Made by a program: the position numbers and the translations under genes. The notes under the pieces were generated by a model. The model did no database searches. It was given only the letters and a program-made list of their open reading frames with translations, and was not told the DNA's origin. From Klebsormidium nitens (Eukaryota > Plantae > Klebsormidiophyceae), in NCBI GenBank assembly GCA_000708835.1, contig DF237229.1:49704-113703 (forward strand): DNA of 64,000 bases, read 5' to 3'. Positions 35,107 through 48,400 of this stretch are shown one piece after another. Positions within the stretch are counted from its first letter, which is position 1. The number at the start of each line of letters is the position of its first letter.

Positions 35107-38100
35107 ATGTTCAAGTTTAGGGGTTACCTGCTCTGGCTGGCATGCTCCATTCTCGCCCTGTCGTTCATAATCAATGCCGGCCTGCCTTGGCTGCTCTCCT
35201 GCGAGGGGTCGCTCTGGTTGAATGGGGGTGTCACTCCTTCGGGAGGCCCATTAGGGGTTGTCCTCCCTTTCAATGCCAAGGAACTACCACGTGTCATTGA
35301 TGCGTTGAAAAGTTGGCCCTATCCCTGCACCACAGGAAAGCTCCAGAAAGACTCCGTTCTGATCCTTTATGGGGACGCTGACCTCAGTGTCAGCTCGGAG
35401 GCGGGAAGCCGCCTGCGCAGCGAGGTGGCGCGGGTGCAGGGGGTTGGTCAGTGCTTTGGAAATGTCGTCTACCTGACGCTGCCGCCTTATACGGATGGGG
35501 CCATGATCTATGATAAGCGGGAGGAGGACGGGGAGATCGGGCGGGGCCGCAACACTCTGTTTTACACCTTTATGCTTGAGCTGATGTCAGCAAATGGATC
35601 GGAGGTGCACGGATTGGGTCTGCGCCATGTCCTATGGATGGAGCCTGATGTGCAAGCAAGGGCCCCGGTGAGTACTGGCAGGGGTTTGTGTCCGCTTTTG
35701 TTCATTGACTGGTGGCGTTCCCTGATAAACCGTGGTCCACTCAACCGAGGTCTTGAGGTCGGCGCTGATCGGTTCAGGAAGCATTCATGAAGCTGCACAC
35801 TTACTGTTTTGCAAACTGATTAGGATAGAAGCACCTTCTGCACCTTCTGGTTGGAGCAGCAACAAACCAGGTCTTTCTTCGATCTGAAAAGGGACAATGA
35901 TAACTCTCCTTGTCACACAAAAGAAGAACTGCTTTGATGGTGGCAGCTGAGCAAGTATTTTTTTCACACACTATCTGCTGCAGAAAGTGCTTGGTTTGAA
36001 GTGCTCTTATTCATGTCGAACCCCACTCGCAGAGATGCAAGCTCATATCAGCATGCCAATCCAAAATGTTCCGTTATGGGAAGGAACAAATCGCCTCACA
36101 TGAACAAAGATTGAGAACTCTGGAAGGCTAAGAAGAGAACAGAATGATTAGTAAGCCACTTGTCAATGTTGCCAATTGTCAGCTTCTCAGAATGCATCAG
36201 GAGCTTCTCATGCATGCACTGCTGGAATCAAGTATGTAAGTGAAAAGCAATAGACATAGTTGATCATGCCTCATTCCCTCCCTTCCCTCCCTTTCCCTCC
36301 CTAGCCGAAAGGAGGGACCAAGTGCATTTCAGCAACCATGAGATTCAGGATTTCTGACTTTTTGAGAGGATCATGTTATGGAAATTGTATGAAGTGCTCA
36401 GAGACCAATGAGTCCCTTCCCACAGGGCTGGCTGGAGCGCGTGCACCGCGAAGCCGCGCGCCCGTTGTACTGGATCCAAGGCAGCAGCTACCGCGGCAAG
36501 TGCCTCCCCAATGAGGCCGACGGCACCTGCAGCTGGGTCGGGCGCGACGCGCTCGGCTACATTGGTGCGAACGCCCTCTACCACACAGCAGACCCGGACC
36601 TGCTGACCCTTCTGCACGACACCAGCCGGGGCCCATTCGCACTTCGCCCGTTCGACCGCGCGATCTACCAGCACCTAAGCATGGCCTACCCGGAATACCG
36701 GCACAGGGATGCGATGCACTTGTACGAGAGGGTGGATTGGGTGCGGGACTACGGGCGGTACCCTGCGCCCGAGCGAGTTCCGGAGCACGTGATTTTGCTG
36801 CATCAGGAGCACCCGGTGTTGGAGGAGGTGGGGGATAACTATGTCGCCGAGGCGGAAAACGATATCGACAAGGGGTTGAAGGCGGAGGACTTTCAGGAAA
36901 CGGCGTTGAACTTGCAGCAGGAGCTGCTGCAACTGCAGAGCGGAACGGCCCAGGAAGGTGAGCTGACTCGTCAGAACGTGATGGAAGATGCCGTCGAGCT
37001 TTGTTGGCTGATGAGTTCTGCACGTGATTGGGACAATCTCACAAGAATTCGATAAAAGCTACGTCTTAAGCTCGCTCGAACCGCTCCTCTTGTAAAAGTT
37101 CGTACAGACATTGCATTCGTCCTCAGCTCCCCATCATCTGTTCACTTCCTTTATCCAACCTCGGTGCAGCCTCTCTTTGGGTCTTGTTGAAAGTCCGCTG
37201 AGCTTCGAAGGTTTGCGGAGACATGCAGTACCCACCCGAGACTTCCTCCTTTTGAATTTTTTTCGAAGCTGTGCAGCACGGCAGACATCCTGCTAGTTTA
37301 AATTTGTTTGTCCACCAATCTGCTGTCCTGAGCAGATGCAGGTTCTCGTCAGGTTCCTATCTACAAGGTTTTCGTTATTCAATCAGCGTCTTCAAACCAG
37401 GAGCAATTGATTGTGTCAACAATCTCAAAGTAACCCGCTCCTGTCTCCAGGTGACGACAGCCCCCTGAAGAACCCGCCCCGCGACCGAACCCTCACCGCC
37501 GCGCTCGCCAAGGTTGCCACGCCCCGCAAGCAGATTTTGCTCGTTCTAGTTAGTGACGGGTACCACGACCTCCTCGCTAACTTCCTGCACTTCGCCTCTA
37601 AGCACGACCTTTCTCGCCACACTCTTGTGGCTGCGCTCGATGTACCCTCGGTGGCGCTTCTAAAACGGCCGTCCGGGGTTACGGCCTGGGTTGACCTAAC
37701 CGACCACGAGTTCCGCGGCGAGGGCGTGCCGCCGTTCGATCCGGCGGACCCCGAGGGAAGCCTAAAGGTCCTCCGCCTGAGCCTGATGCGCAGGTGTCTG
37801 GTGCAAGGCTATAGGGTACTGAGCTCGGACCTCGACGTCGTGTGGCTCAGAAACCCGTTTCAGGCCGCATACTTCTCAGACGAGTTGGATTTTTGGATCC
37901 AAAGCGACTCGCACACTGGGTTCGTCGAAACCACCAAGGGGGGCCTCCGGGAAGTCTTTGTGTCTGCGGGACTTTCGTACGCTGTACCCTCCGTTCGGAC
38001 CATCCGATTCCTAGCCGCAGCACGGCACATGGCTCGCGAACATCCGGAGCTGAGCGAGCAGCAAATCCTGCGGTTATCGTTAACGGTCAACCGTTACCGG

Positions 38101-41100
38101 TTGCGCTGGCGCGCACTGGAGCCCGCACTGTTCCCAAACGGCTTCCTCTACTGGGAGCAAACCTTTCCGCAGTCGCTCGGGGTCCAGCCGATCGCAGTGC
38201 ACAACAACATGGCCGAAAGCAAGGCCGCGAAAGTGTACCGGTTCCGGGAGGCCGGTTTTTGGAGCGCGGACGAGGCGCTAAGCCCGGAGGCCATTCGCAC
38301 CGGCGAGAAGAAGTACCTGGCATACATGGGCATGGTGTTCGACAACGGGCTGGGGAATAGGCGCGTGGAGCTGAGGCAGGCGCTGGCCATCAGCGAGGTG
38401 AGGCTCAACTGGAGGTTATGGGGGCATGACATAGCCTATGGGAGGCGCTTACATGTCAGAACAAGAAGCTCCCGTGCTGGCGTGCTGTTGAAGTATGCGT
38501 CATATTCGCTATGTCAGTTGTCACGTGTCAATCCGCAGTGTTGGGCCCGGACATGAGTTGCATCCGCATTGTTCTTCTTTTTGGTACAGCAATATGTGAA
38601 GCGTTGCGCTTCAATACGAAAGCCGCCCGTGTTCGGAACGCACGGCCTGATACTTTGAGATTGCTGCAAGTCCGTTTCAAAACACAGAAGAACAGCGTAC
38701 TTACACACAGTGGGTCCCACGACTCTCTGAAGTCGCCTGGACAGCACGTCACGACAGCTCCCTCTCTTCATCGGCGAGCGCTCCTCTCAGAGCCATTTGA
38801 CAACTTCAATCCGAATCGTGTAGACTGTCCTCGTCTCACTACCACCTCGATTGAAGTCCTCAAAGAACCGTCCACAAAAGTCTTTCTTTCAATCCTTCAA
38901 ATCAAAAGGTTTGAGTCCGAGAACGAGGCGGAAACACATAAAATTGCACTCCCAGGCCTTACATTCTCGGACGTCCCTTTTGCAGCTGCTGGGCCGGACG
39001 CTCATTCTGCCGGTGCTGCACCGAGAGCACGAGGAGGACACCCCGGTCACTGTGGACTACTTCTTCGACTTCGACACGCTCACCGCCCACTTCCCGGACG
39101 TCGAGCCGCGCAGCCTGCTGGAGCGCGCGTTCCCCGACTGGCAGACGATGCCCGTGCACGACATCGACATCAAGCTGGCGCTGCCGGAGAATGTCACGGC
39201 GACGGGGCGGCCGCAGGTGAGGCCACGTGGCCTGGCGCCTACTTCCTTTCATAGCATGTTATTCTTCTGAATCTGGTGGCCAGAGAGCATAGCAGCCGCC
39301 GAGAATGTTTGTTCTGCCGAAACCTCGCTCCAGGGCTTCTTTCGTGGCGCTTTATCATAGTATTCGGAGTGCCAAGTTCTGAAGGGCAGCGGCAAGAGTA
39401 GGCTCCTTCTGAGGTGTGTCTTTCAAGAGATGGAACGCAGAGGTCCATTCAGCAGCGTGTTTGAACCACTGCGCACAAACAAGACCGTCACTTGGTCATC
39501 ATGCACTTTTACAAGCGTCAGTCAATCACCTGCTTTCTCCTGCCTCACCCTTTGACGCCTAAACGCAGCCGCCAGGGGGTGGTGACGTCAAACATTGTGG
39601 TACTGACGCCAGTTTGCTTGTGCAGGACGTGTCGTGGGAGGAGCGGTTGCAGCGAGTGGAGGGCGAGTGGCACCCCAACGGCGCCACCCCGGCGGAAATC
39701 CTGGGATGGTACGGCGACCGGCAGGAGCCGCTGCTGGTCTTCTACAGCACATTCAGGAGGTGAGAGATTTCTGGCTAGACGTCCAAATCCCCATGCCTGG
39801 TAGAACCATTGAGGGCTGAAAAACTCTCTGCGGGTACACGAGTGATTGTGAATCTTCCGGGTGTTTTTCTTCCCGTTGATAGCCGTGCGGGCTCATCAGA
39901 AAGGGCGATGCGAAGGATTGACGTGGAAGATTAGGAAGCACGACAACGTGCTCAGATCGAAAATTACTGCGAGGGCGGCTCGTCATGATTTCCTCTCCTT
40001 TGAAGTCTACGTTTTGTAGCCAAACTGCTTCTTCAAAAGTTGCTAATAAACAGAGAGCTCTATTACCAGAGCGCCGCGCCAACTGCAACCCCAATTGGGC
40101 TCGGCCAGGATAACCCTGCGTCGTCCGATCAGCTACGGCGTTGCCGTATTGCCGGACCCTGTCTCGAAGAGCTTCCATGGGAGATTCAGACCCGACTTCT
40201 TCGTGCACCAACCCTTTTCCCATGTTGGAGCGCTCTCTTTTGACTTTTGCTTGCTCGGGTGCCCAGGTTTGGCGGCTTCGAGGACAAGAAAAAGGATGCC
40301 GACTTTGAGGAACGAGTGTTCCAGGGCATTGTCCCAACCAGGAAGACGAGAGAAGTCGCAGACAGCATACACGTGGCAGTCAAAGCGGCTGCCAGGCAGG
40401 CGGCCGGGAAGGACGAGTTTAGCTGCTTGCATGTCAGGTACGTCACTTCCGTCGCGCTGCTGAGGTTGACATAGATCACTAGTCGGTTGAGTTGGTTGGA
40501 ACGCCGAGGTGACGTTTACCTTACCTCTGAAATCATCTGGCAAGTCGCGACTTGCATAATCCAAATGCTGCATACTGATCAAAATACGCTTGTGACGCTA
40601 CAACCGTTAATGAAACGGGCTTATGATATGCTGGAAGTTGAGCAGATTCGCTTCGTTGCTACACTGGTGTTGAAATGCCCTGCGTCCGGGTAAGTTGTCA
40701 GAATGTGAGCCCACAGCTTTCCTCCTCACCAATGTTGCTGTTCCGACTTGCAGGCGAAAGTCGTTCCTGGTCGTGCACTCCGGCACCGAGAAGCCCATGG
40801 CCGAGCTGGTCAAGCTGCTCCCGGATCACCTCCCCCTCGACCGGGCCCTCTATGTAACGACGGACGATCCGTCGGAGGACATGCGGTCGACGCTGGAAGC
40901 AGCCGGCTTCCCAAAAGTGATGTTTATGGGCGATTTCTATCCGCCGTGGCACCGTAGTTTAGTGGAAGGAACCACGGGCGCAAAAACCATGCGGCATGGG
41001 CAGATAGATCAGTTGGTGTGCGCGCAGGCGGAGACGTTTGTCGGGAACGAGTACTCGACGTTCACGTTCCACATCGCGTGGCTGCGGGAGCGGTATGGGA

Positions 41101-41162
41101 AGAAGCAGGTGTGTCGGGATATCTATGGGCGCGAGAAAACGCCGGGCATGGTTTACCAGTAG
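35107..41162 (+). CDS. Type II membrane multi-domain glycosyltransferase: uncharacterised GT-A-like domain + GT77/nucleotide-diphospho-sugar transferase + O-fucosyltransferase-like domain; 7 exons (35107-35667, 36426-36957, 37451-38397, 38986-39216, 39626-39759, 40267-40437, 40754-41162), 994 aa
   Basis: N-terminal TM (YLLWLACSILALSFII). Domain 1: VLWMEPDV...YWIQGSSYRG...GANALY. Domain 2: LVAALD, VLSSDLDVVWLRNPF, FPNG, HNN..K..RFRE.GFW. Domain 3: NGLGNRRVELRQALAISELLGRTLILP, SCLHVR, LYVTTDD, DQLVCAQAETFVGNEYSTFT. All six junctions are phase-consistent. Confidence 0.88.
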
Positions 41163-42433
41163 GAGCTCAGGAGATGCAGGTATGTGCGTTGTCTGCATAC
41201 GTGTACGATACCTCAGTCGCAAGCCGCCAACGAGGCCCCCTCCGAGTCACAAATTGCACCGCTAAAGTGCAATCCAACTAGGCTGTCAGTCGCAGGGTCT
41301 AGATCTCGCCCAGGACGGACTTGAACACCGATCAAGAGCAGAGCGCGAACCCGGATCAACGAAGTGATGGCAGCCATTAGGAGCTCTGAAGTTTAGGAGC
41401 GTAGCTAGCTAGCTAGCAAAGCCTGTCGTTGCACGTGTTTGAGGCACCAGGTCACGAGCAGCCAAGTTAAAGTGTCCGGTCGCGCTGAAATGTATTCATC
41501 CAACTAATCATTAACTATAGGTATATCACCTTTTGAAGTCCAACAGCTTTATCCATCAAAATTATACTCTTTCAAGTAAAGGCATGTCAGAGAGCTGATG
41601 GAGCTACGGTCACATCATCAATCGATAATGCGCTGCTAGTCATGATTGCTCATATGAAAAGGATAGCCCTGAGTGATCATTTTGAAACCCCCATACAAGT
41701 CGTTGCACGTTTCAAATAAGCTAGTTGTGTAACTTGAACGATCTGCATGCACTGATGACTCGGACTTTTGGGAATCGTGATCGTGAAATTGCAATTCTAC
41801 GCGTACATATGTGGCACGGCATATATGGATCAACGATCAATCGGTCAAGTCAATTGCACGTCTTGGCGCGCGCAGTCGATGCAAGACCCACGTTCTGAGA
41901 TCGATCAAGCTAGAATTCGATCGGCTTGCATATATATATAATTGCTGATATCGATCGGTGCGTGCCAATGCACGTATGGGCTGCCGGGTCCGTTCAATCA
42001 GTCCAACTAAGTCGTACGTCGCATGCATGACATCAAGACTCAGCTTTATCAAACGTGAGTATCCGATCATTTCCACTCATGCAGAGCCTTGCGTGATAGC
42101 TTTCATCTTCAGGCTAATTGGCGGTTCATTGGATTTGGATTTGTTTCCTCTACTGTCTTCATGCACGATGATCGATTCATTAGTTGCCGCAGTGCATGAG
42201 TCTCTATTTTCCGGTCGACGCTTAGTAGGCTTCTCTAGCTATGTTCTACCATAGAGACAATTCTAGTGGCCACACCTGCCGCACACATGCGCGGCATGTA
42301 TGACAATTCACCGCCGATACAAAACTCTAGCTGGCAATTAGCTTGTCTACATTCTAACGTCTCCATGCACAACGGAGCTGTTTTTCACTAGCATTAAGTT
42401 AGCAGTCACTATGTATGGTCGAGAGGCGGCTCG

Positions 42434-45400
42434 TCACCTTCCTTCTAACTCAGTTATCTGTCCTGACCAAGCAGACCGGTTGAACTCAATATCTTGAGTC
42501 GTTGAGACACCAGACGAGTTTGACTCGGTGTAATCTAGACCTCGCCGGTAAAAGTCGCTTTGCGAGAATGGGTTAAGCATAACCCTTTTTGACAAGCACC
42601 CATCGCCGCTCAGCGGGCGAATGACAACTTCCCTCCCTTCCGAGCTGGAACTACTTGACGTTACCAGGACCCCTTCCTCGATCCGCTCTAGTTCGATGCG
42701 CACATCGCTTATGGTAGGTCGGCGCCTAGGGTCCTTTTTTATACACGCGAGCGCCAACTTGCAGAACGCGTCTAAGCTGAAGGCCGGGTATTGATTCACC
42801 ATACGAGGGTCGGCAACGGACGCGATGTCGCCCTCCAGAAACAGAGGGATCACCTGCGGAAACATAAGAGAAGGAATAGCAGAAACATATCATAGAAAAA
42901 GTATCAGGCTCTCAAGCAACATCAGACGCATATCTCAGCGGCTTAGTCTGATGGGCAGCGGAATATTACTACCACCTTGTGCTCAAGAATCGCCCATGGA
43001 AGGTCCTTATCTCTATGTTGAAGGTCAATGTTCGGATGAATTGCGCACAAATGCTGATGGCCACAGACTGCTGAGAATATTTACTGACCTGTAACCAGAA
43101 ATACATCCGCCCGCCTCTTCGCTTCTCCCGGACGTGCGTCAATCAGAATGGCCAGCCTTAACGCTGCAACTAAGTCTCCTCTTCCGCTGTCGTTTCTAGT
43201 TACCATTCATCCATCTTTCGGCGACAATCTTTGAAAACGAGTAACAAAAAGCGGTGTGCTGTCTCACCCACGCGAGCAGGTTCGTCCGCTGTCCTTCGCC
43301 GTTGATGCCAATGACTGGTTTCCCGGTGGCTAGCTCCAGCAGGCAGATCCCAAAACTGTAAACATCTGCAATCGAGGACTCGTCGTCAACGCCTTGTGAA
43401 AGCAGACCATGAGACTCGTCAAGAAAACTCTTCCAAGTGCAAATGTCTGGAAAGCGAGCGGAAGTAGAACGGTTGGACAGTTGAGCAACAGAGGCCGCGA
43501 GAACGAAACACGACCATGCGCCAGTCTGGATCGATTAGCTCGTGTTTAGGGACGAGCAAACCTTTGCTATTTGTCGAGACCGTGCTAAATCTTCATAAAT
43601 GCTTTGCAACGTAGACTAGTTTACTTAGCAGGCCAGCCTTTGGGCTCCTACAGATGTTGACACAGTGCTTTCATCGAGTTGATTGATGCCAGACTGAGGG
43701 GCCAAGCAGACTCACCGGATGCGGTCGTCAGCTCGTTGTACTCCACATAGTTCGGATCCAGATAGCCTGCGGCAGCAACGACGAAAACCTCAGTCCTCAA
43801 ACTAAGGAGATCCTGGCAATCGAACCTCTCAGTAGAGATCGCAAGCGAGAGCACAGCCGAGTAAACGGTCACTGTACATGTTCCATCAGCGGACGTCATG
43901 GTTTTGCGAAAATTGCTCATTTGCGGCCACATTCTCCATACACTAAACCTCCTATCGGCCGTTTGTATCGGCTCACTCTGGGGACTACGGTGGAGCTGTC
44001 GCGATCGGACGCAGATTGAGCGCATTGCCTTCCGGACATGAGACGACGCTCGTCGTCTCTCAAAGCTTTTTCATTTGCAATGCGTCAACGAGACAATCTG
44101 CTGGAAAGCCTCACCTATGGTCCCCTTGACTCCCGTGGCCCCCGCGTCGAAGTCCGCCTCCATTTTGCTGATCCCAAAGTCGCCCACCTTGGCGTTGAAT
44201 TGTGCGTCTAGCAGAATGTTGGTGCACTTGACGTCTGCACACGTAAACGATTGGAGGCGTTCCGGAAGAGCAAACTCGACGCGTCATGTCCTTCGACGGC
44301 CGATTTTGCATTGGAGCGTTAAAGAATAGCTCAAGGTTTGTACTGACGGATAAACGTGGGGCAAAGCAGCAAAGAACACGCGAAGGTGAAAGAGAGAATC
44401 GCAATGGAATCGCGCATGAGGTCCCAACACAAAACGTCGCTAAGGAGACGAAGTGCATAACGCAGATGTTTACGTACCTCGATGTATGCACGGAGGCTCC
44501 ACCGCCGTGTGCAGATACTCCAGACCTGCAAGGACGAGGCCAGCTGACGTCATGCTTCGCTTGTCGCGAGACCTGCGTGGTGCAGACATCAGGGTAGCAC
44601 GTTCCTTGTACGTTTGCAACCGTGGCGTAAAATCTTGGGCTCAACTGGCGCGGCATAGTAGGAAGGGGGAAAAGTCGAGGGCTATGAATCCTCGAATCAA
44701 GAAAGTCGAGGAAAAGACTGTGGTGCTCCCAATCACCAACGTCGGTCTATGTACAAACAAAGGTAGATCCGCGAACCCGCTCTGTTCCTGCGAGCACCGT
44801 AAGTGGCGGCTCCATCTACAAAGTCTGGATGCCTAAGAAGGCATCCCACAGTCAGGGTTGGGCAGATCATTGTTGAAATACAACACAAAGAACTAGAATT
44901 TCCGTGACTGCTCAATTTGGAACTGGGTTCCACAACCTCAGTTGACCACAGCACCTCGCTGACCTACCTTAAGAGCTGTCTCCGCAATTGTGCGTCGTGT
45001 TCGTACTTGGACGTATGAAAGGATGCGCTAAATGAAACTTACGGACAAAATCAACTTTTCGTTCCGAGACCCTTGAGACGCGCAGCCTTACCTCTCGCCG
45101 CTCCAATGGCCATTTTGAGCCGGGTCGCCCATGCGATGTAGCCCGCAGATGCAAGTGAGCCTGGCAACACAGCAACAATCGTCAATTCTTTCGTTGTAAC
45201 CCAGTATCATCCTGAGCACTTCCGCTTGACAAGCGTCCACTGGAAGGGATACGGGACTGCATCCGACGCGATCTGCCTGCGCTCAATAGTCTGAAAGCAG
45301 CCTGCGCATCATTGCGCGCCGCTTTCCCACGGTCATCATGAGCGGCGCCAAATCCGTTGACCACCCGCTCGAGCTGATGCATAATTAAAGGTGTCGGGCA

Positions 45401-48400
45401 GCTTGCTTGTAGGTAAACAGCTAACAGACACGAATGGGGCGAAGTCTTCCTGGTCATAGTCAGACTTCCGGGGCCAAGACTTCGATGAGGCAATGAACAG
45501 CGCGGGTTGGGAACCCGTACGGTTAGCCGGTGGCTAAAGCAAAGTGAATACGTCCTTGCAGCAGGGAGTCGAAAAGGGTTATGAAGAAATGTTTCCTCAC
45601 CCCACAAATGATCTCGGATGGTTCCGTTGTCCATGTACTCGTAGACCAAGCATCGTTCGCCCCCGGAGTCGCAAAACCCAATCAGCTGTACCTGGATGAG
45701 CCAGAAACGCGGGAAGTGAAAACTTGACTCGCTCTCGTAGTTTACCGATGCCTCGATTACGATGGCCCCCTTTCTTATGGGCGACAGAAGCTCGCCCCAT
45801 ATGTTAGCTTAACAAGTAGACCGTTGCAAAAGTCAGTAGCACGGCTGACGGCAGATAGACGGAAGCGAACGGCTAATCAAAGCACATGTTGGAGTGAGCA
45901 ACCATGGTTTGAATAGCAGGCTTCGTTGCTCTGGAGCGGATATATGCGGCTACAGGAGCCAGATGCATTTGGAGCAGAGTCTACGAAATGAGCTGAACGA
46001 TTGAGAATCATAACCACAGGCAGAGATGCATTTACCAGAGGACCCAACCTCAACATTCGAATGGAGACAAGCTCACGGAGAAAGGGCGGATGTGGGGTTG
46101 TTTCTCGAGTGAATCATGAGCTGACTTTCAGCCATTAGCAAGGGGTTGGGTTCTTCATCTTGAACCCTGACTTTGCAAGGACACGAGACGGGAGAGAGGC
46201 CGCGCGAAAATTCAAACGAGCCGCTTTTCAGGGAAAGGAAAGAGATGAATGGTTCGAAAAATGACGCACCAAGTTCTGCCAGTCTTAAGAATCTTGGCGG
46301 CCATTCCTAATACTGTAAAGAAAGGCGATCCAAGGGCGTGCAACGCTTTCGTCGTGCTTACCAGGTGCTTATGCCGTAGCCGCGACATGGCCGCAATCTC
46401 TTGCAAGAACTCCCGCTCTCCCCGGCTCGTATTCGGATGCCCCCGTTTGATTGCGACCAGCTGCGGGAGAGAAAAGGGGTGACCTTATCTTTGATAGGGT
46501 GCCCATAGCTTTGTGCAAACCTGTGAATGCCGGGAATCTATTTTCACTTGACTCAAAGTAGGTAGTATGATTGTATGGATCAATGCAGAATACTAAAAGG
46601 TAGAGGATATCAGAATAATTCAATTCCCCAACTTTGATTTGGTACTCCTCCTATCTCCGATTTGGAAAGTCCGGAGTAGCTCAACATGTATGGCTTTCGA
46701 ACAGCAGATTCTTTGACTGCAGAAGCTTGCAAAAGCTCTCAGGAAGGAACAAGGCGACGGGAATCAGGCGAACCGGTTTGGGAGTCCAAACCTCGCGTTT
46801 CACACTTGTGCGACAGCGTCCCATGTTGTTGAGCTCTCTTGGACGTTTAGAGCTCTCTTGAAGCTTTAGCGACGCTTCAAGGAGGCCAACGTCAGAATGG
46901 GGGACAGTCTCGGACTCAATCCGAACCTGAAAGTCCGATGCTTCGTCTGCAGACCCGCCGTAAAGGCACGGAACGAAATAACACGACAAATCGCTAGCGT
47001 TCCTCAATTCAAACCAAGAGGATGATTCTCTACTCAACGGCAAAGTCTCTCGACGCGGTTGAAAATACTGTGCCTTTCCAATATGTTGTCTTTCTGCGAA
47101 GTAGATGCAAGCAAGTGATTGGTTCACCCACCTGCCGTCCATTCTTCGTATGCAGGTAGCCCTTGTACACGTGGCCGAATCCTCCTTCTCCGATGCAGTG
47201 GCTCCTACTCCAGTTGTGGGTTGCTTGCTCAAGCTCCGCCAGACTGCGATAAAAACACATAGGCTCAAAAACAGAAGCCTATTTCGCCTTCGCAACAAAA
47301 GCTAGATAAGCGCTCGCGAGAGCCTCAGGATGTTCTGACTCAGAGCACAGCTGTGTTTATTGAAGGACGCCGACTTCGGCCTGCCAAACGTCGCACTGAT
47401 CGAGTTTCGCAACGGGCTCTACACCTAGCCTGTGTAAGGCCTCCTTCCGCACGCCATATACAGCTCAAAACATACCACCATAGTAACTTTTCCTTGAATG
47501 TGACCATAGTGTTACTTGTTCATTCGTTTGAGACTGGAACGTTTCTTACTGGCCCCTTGTACCAGCCCCCCTGCATTGTTATCTCGAGACCCGCTGGTTG
47601 ATTTGTCGACTATTCACGGGCCAAGCCAATTGCGACGCTTCGATTCGGGTAAGACAAGTCTTTTCCAGCGGGGCGGCATTCCTTTATTTTCTGAACTCTG
47701 ACAGCTTTGGACCGAGATGGAAAGGAAGAAACGGCTCCCCACTTGCCTGTACTCATCTGCCCCGCTGACGAGACCCCCCGCGCTTGACCGAGACAGGACA
47801 ATCTCCTTCGTTTCCACCGGCAGCTTCTGCTGCTCGTAATCTGGGAGGAGGTCAGTAAATCAGCGAACGCAGAGAAGAACAGCATTTGAAGGGCACGTCA
47901 GTACCACCATTGGTTTACTCCACTTCGCTTCCGAGAAACACCCTCTCCGTTTTGTTGTTCGAAAGGTGTGTCCTTTCATCACTACTACTTATGTAAGAAG
48001 CTCAAAGATATGGCGCGCGAGCAGATTTTATGCGGGCCCGTTCCATCCTCTTGGATGGCCACCGATAGGCATTCCGTTATGAGGACAGAGGATTGAAGAA
48101 AGAAACGCATCTTATTGCACGTTTCGTTCCAAAGCGCCGATGCTTGTGACTCACCCGGACCAGAGAGGAACAACCGTGCCAAACCCGGTCTGAAATTCAT
48201 GCATTCATCGGCATTTTGGTCACCTTTTCAGAATAACAAAGAGAACCTCAGTTGACAAAAGAAGAAGAACGAAGCCCACACTTGAAGGGGCTTTTTCCTC
48301 ACCTGAGAGCTGCCGCTGTCTCTTCCAGCAACAGAACAGAACGCCGCACACCAGAGCCAGAAAGAAGGCGACCCCGCCAGCTGATGCCGCAGCGACCAGT

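Noticed and set aside
39753-40582. Minus-strand ORFs of 194 and 149 aa
   Set aside because: They overlap glycosyltransferase exon 6 and its introns in antisense and have no recognisable domain.
46681-47298. 205-aa ORF inside the receptor kinase locus
   Set aside because: It is off-frame to the kinase exon it overlaps and runs through intron sequence; no domain signal.
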